A stretch of DNA of 64,000 nucleotides from Anaerolineaceae bacterium (GTDB taxonomy: Bacteria > Chloroflexota > Anaerolineae > Anaerolineales > Anaerolineaceae), in NCBI GenBank assembly GCA_036744375.1, contig DAINSU010000003.1, forward strand, positions 7,154 to 71,153. The letters are read 5' to 3'. Below the pieces are notes generated by a model, which was not told the DNA's origin, ran no database searches, and saw only the letters and a list, made by a program, of their open reading frames with translations. The position numbers and the translations under genes were made by a program. Positions 62,719 to 64,000 of this stretch are shown piece after piece (position 1 is the stretch's first letter; each line of letters begins with the position of its first letter).

Positions 62719-63480
62719 TCACAGCGCAGCTTTGACAATCGCGCTAAAGGAGTCAGATTTGAGACTGGCGCCGCCAATCAAGCCCCCATCGATATCGGAC
62801 TGAGCAAAGAGCTCAGCTGCATTGGCTGGGGTTACCGAGCCGCCATACAGAATGCGCATGGCATTCCCCTTTTCCTCTCCGAATAGCTCGCGGAGCACTG
62901 GGCGGATGACATCGCGCTGTACAGCATTTGCTCCTTCTGGTGTAGCAGCCAAACCTGTACCAATCGCCCACACAGGTTCGTAGGCTATCACCAAGTTCTC
63001 CGCCTCGGTTGGGTCTACACCTTTCAAGCCCTCACGCACCATACCTTCCACTACAGCTGCAGTTTTGCCAGCTTGGTTTTCTTCGAGAGTCTCCCCCACA
63101 CACATAATCGGTTTGAGGCCAGCTTGGAGTGCAGCATGAATCTTTTTATTCACCGTTTCGTTGGTCTCCCCAAACATGGCGCGTCGCTCAGAGTGACCAA
63201 TGATGACATATTGACACAAGTCAACAAGCATTCCTGCGGAAATTTCGCCAGTAAAAGCACCCTTGGCTTCCCAATGCATATTCTGCGCGCCTACCTTGAT
63301 ATTGCTGCCTTCAGTCTCTTGCTTGGCAGCCTCTAAGCAAACGTAAGGTGGGCAAATGATGATTTCGACAGCATCAATCTGTTGAACCTCACGCAAGATG
63401 CCCTGGATCAGCTCGCGGGCTTCTTTGATGGTTTTGTTCATTTTCCAGTTACCAGCGACAATGGGTTTTCGTGTGGACAT
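62719..63480 (-). CDS. tpiA: triosephosphate isomerase
   Basis: Contains AGNWKMN, IIGHSERR, AYEPVWAIGTG and GGASL. Confidence 0.97.
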   Translation of the reverse strand: MSTRKPIVAGNWKMNKTIKEARELIQGILREVQQIDAVEIIICPPYVCLEAAKQETEGSNIKVGAQNMHWEAKGAFTGEISAGMLVDLCQYVIIGHSERRAMFGETNETVNKKIHAALQAGLKPIMCVGETLEENQAGKTAAVVEGMVREGLKGVDPTEAENLVIAYEPVWAIGTGLAATPEGANAVQRDVIRPVLRELFGEEKGNAMRILYGGSVTPANAAELFAQSDIDGGLIGGASLKSDSFSAIVKAAL

Positions 63481-63615
63481 ATTTTGAATCCTTTCTTTAT
63501 GCTTGACTTGATTTGTTTCATTTTACCACCCTGCAGGCTGAGATTTGCTCATATCTCAATTAAAAAGCAGACTGCCAGAAGAGGTAGCCTGCTTGGTGAT
63601 CGATCTGCAGTTAGA

Positions 63616-64000
63616 CTAGGGACGGTAAATGATTGGGTTGAGCCATAGACCGCTATTTTGCGAACTATCAGCGCCATTATTTACCGTAAGGATAAATTGA
63701 ACATTCTTTCCATCCAAAGCTGAGAGGTCTATATCAACACGCGTCCACATGCCTTCATTAACTTCGTGCCACTGACCGAGGGTTTGCACGGAATCGCTCC
63801 CCACGCGGTATTGGACAGTAAAGTAGATATCGCATTTGGTCATGCCGCCTTCACACATGACGGTAGCTTTAAACCGATCCCCGTTTTTGATGGCAATGAA
63901 GGGGTAGTAACCCGTAATGAAACCTGCCGCCGTGTTGTCGGGTCGGGTAATCAACCCTGGTTCATTTTCCTTAGCACCATCCTCACGAATTGGCTCACCT
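63616..64000 (-). CDS. hypothetical protein, C-terminal part (5' end beyond the window)
   Basis: The frame stays open upstream of the listed TTG at 63954 to the window edge (..GEPIREDGAKENEPG-LITRPD..). The beta-rich C-terminal domain has no motif I can name. Confidence 0.6.
   Translation of the reverse strand, partial: GEPIREDGAKENEPGLITRPDNTAAGFITGYYPFIAIKNGDRFKATVMCEGGMTKCDIYFTVQYRVGSDSVQTLGQWHEVNEGMWTRVDIDLSALDGKNVQFILTVNNGADSSQNSGLWLNPIIYRP

Overview
The window is a gene-dense bacterial chromosome segment of about 50-55% G+C, judged by eye. Gene content suggests a Chloroflexota-like or monoderm-type lineage, based on the CIRCE/hrcA-grpE-dnaK-dnaJ-prmA operon, a T-box leader on pheST and a dnaB-dnaD-dnaC-like cluster. 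This taxonomic placement is inference only. Most genes are housekeeping: fhs, a MacAB-type efflux trio, glgP, replication genes, a Na+-translocating methylmalonyl-CoA decarboxylase operon, the chaperone operon, kamA, secA, surE, gyrA, birA, pheST, tatCAB and tpiA. No rRNA, tRNA or CRISPR array was seen. The clearest anomaly is a ~4.6 kb AT-rich island (about 38.1-42.7 kb) between kamA and the secA promoter. It carries three translationally coupled genes: a 716-aa protein with RpoA alpha-CTD-like and sigma-70 region-4-like DNA-binding modules, a 201-aa protein with no recognisable motif, and a MORC-like GHKL ATPase. I cannot assign this trio to any named system, and it is my best candidate for an undescribed defence or regulatory module. 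Other points worth a second look:
- a ~0.4 kb TIR-bounded, hairpin-rich intergenic element present twice (11.7 kb and 19.9 kb)
- a DnaC/DnaI-type loader made of two complete tandem AAA+ modules
- an OmpR-family regulator lacking the phospho-acceptor Asp
- a 1341-aa SecA with large insertions
- GACC/GGTC palindromic tandem repeats after surE
- an operator-like AATACC repeat set at a SatD-like/DUF3307 operon

All calls come from reading the sequence and the ORF translations. No database search was run.
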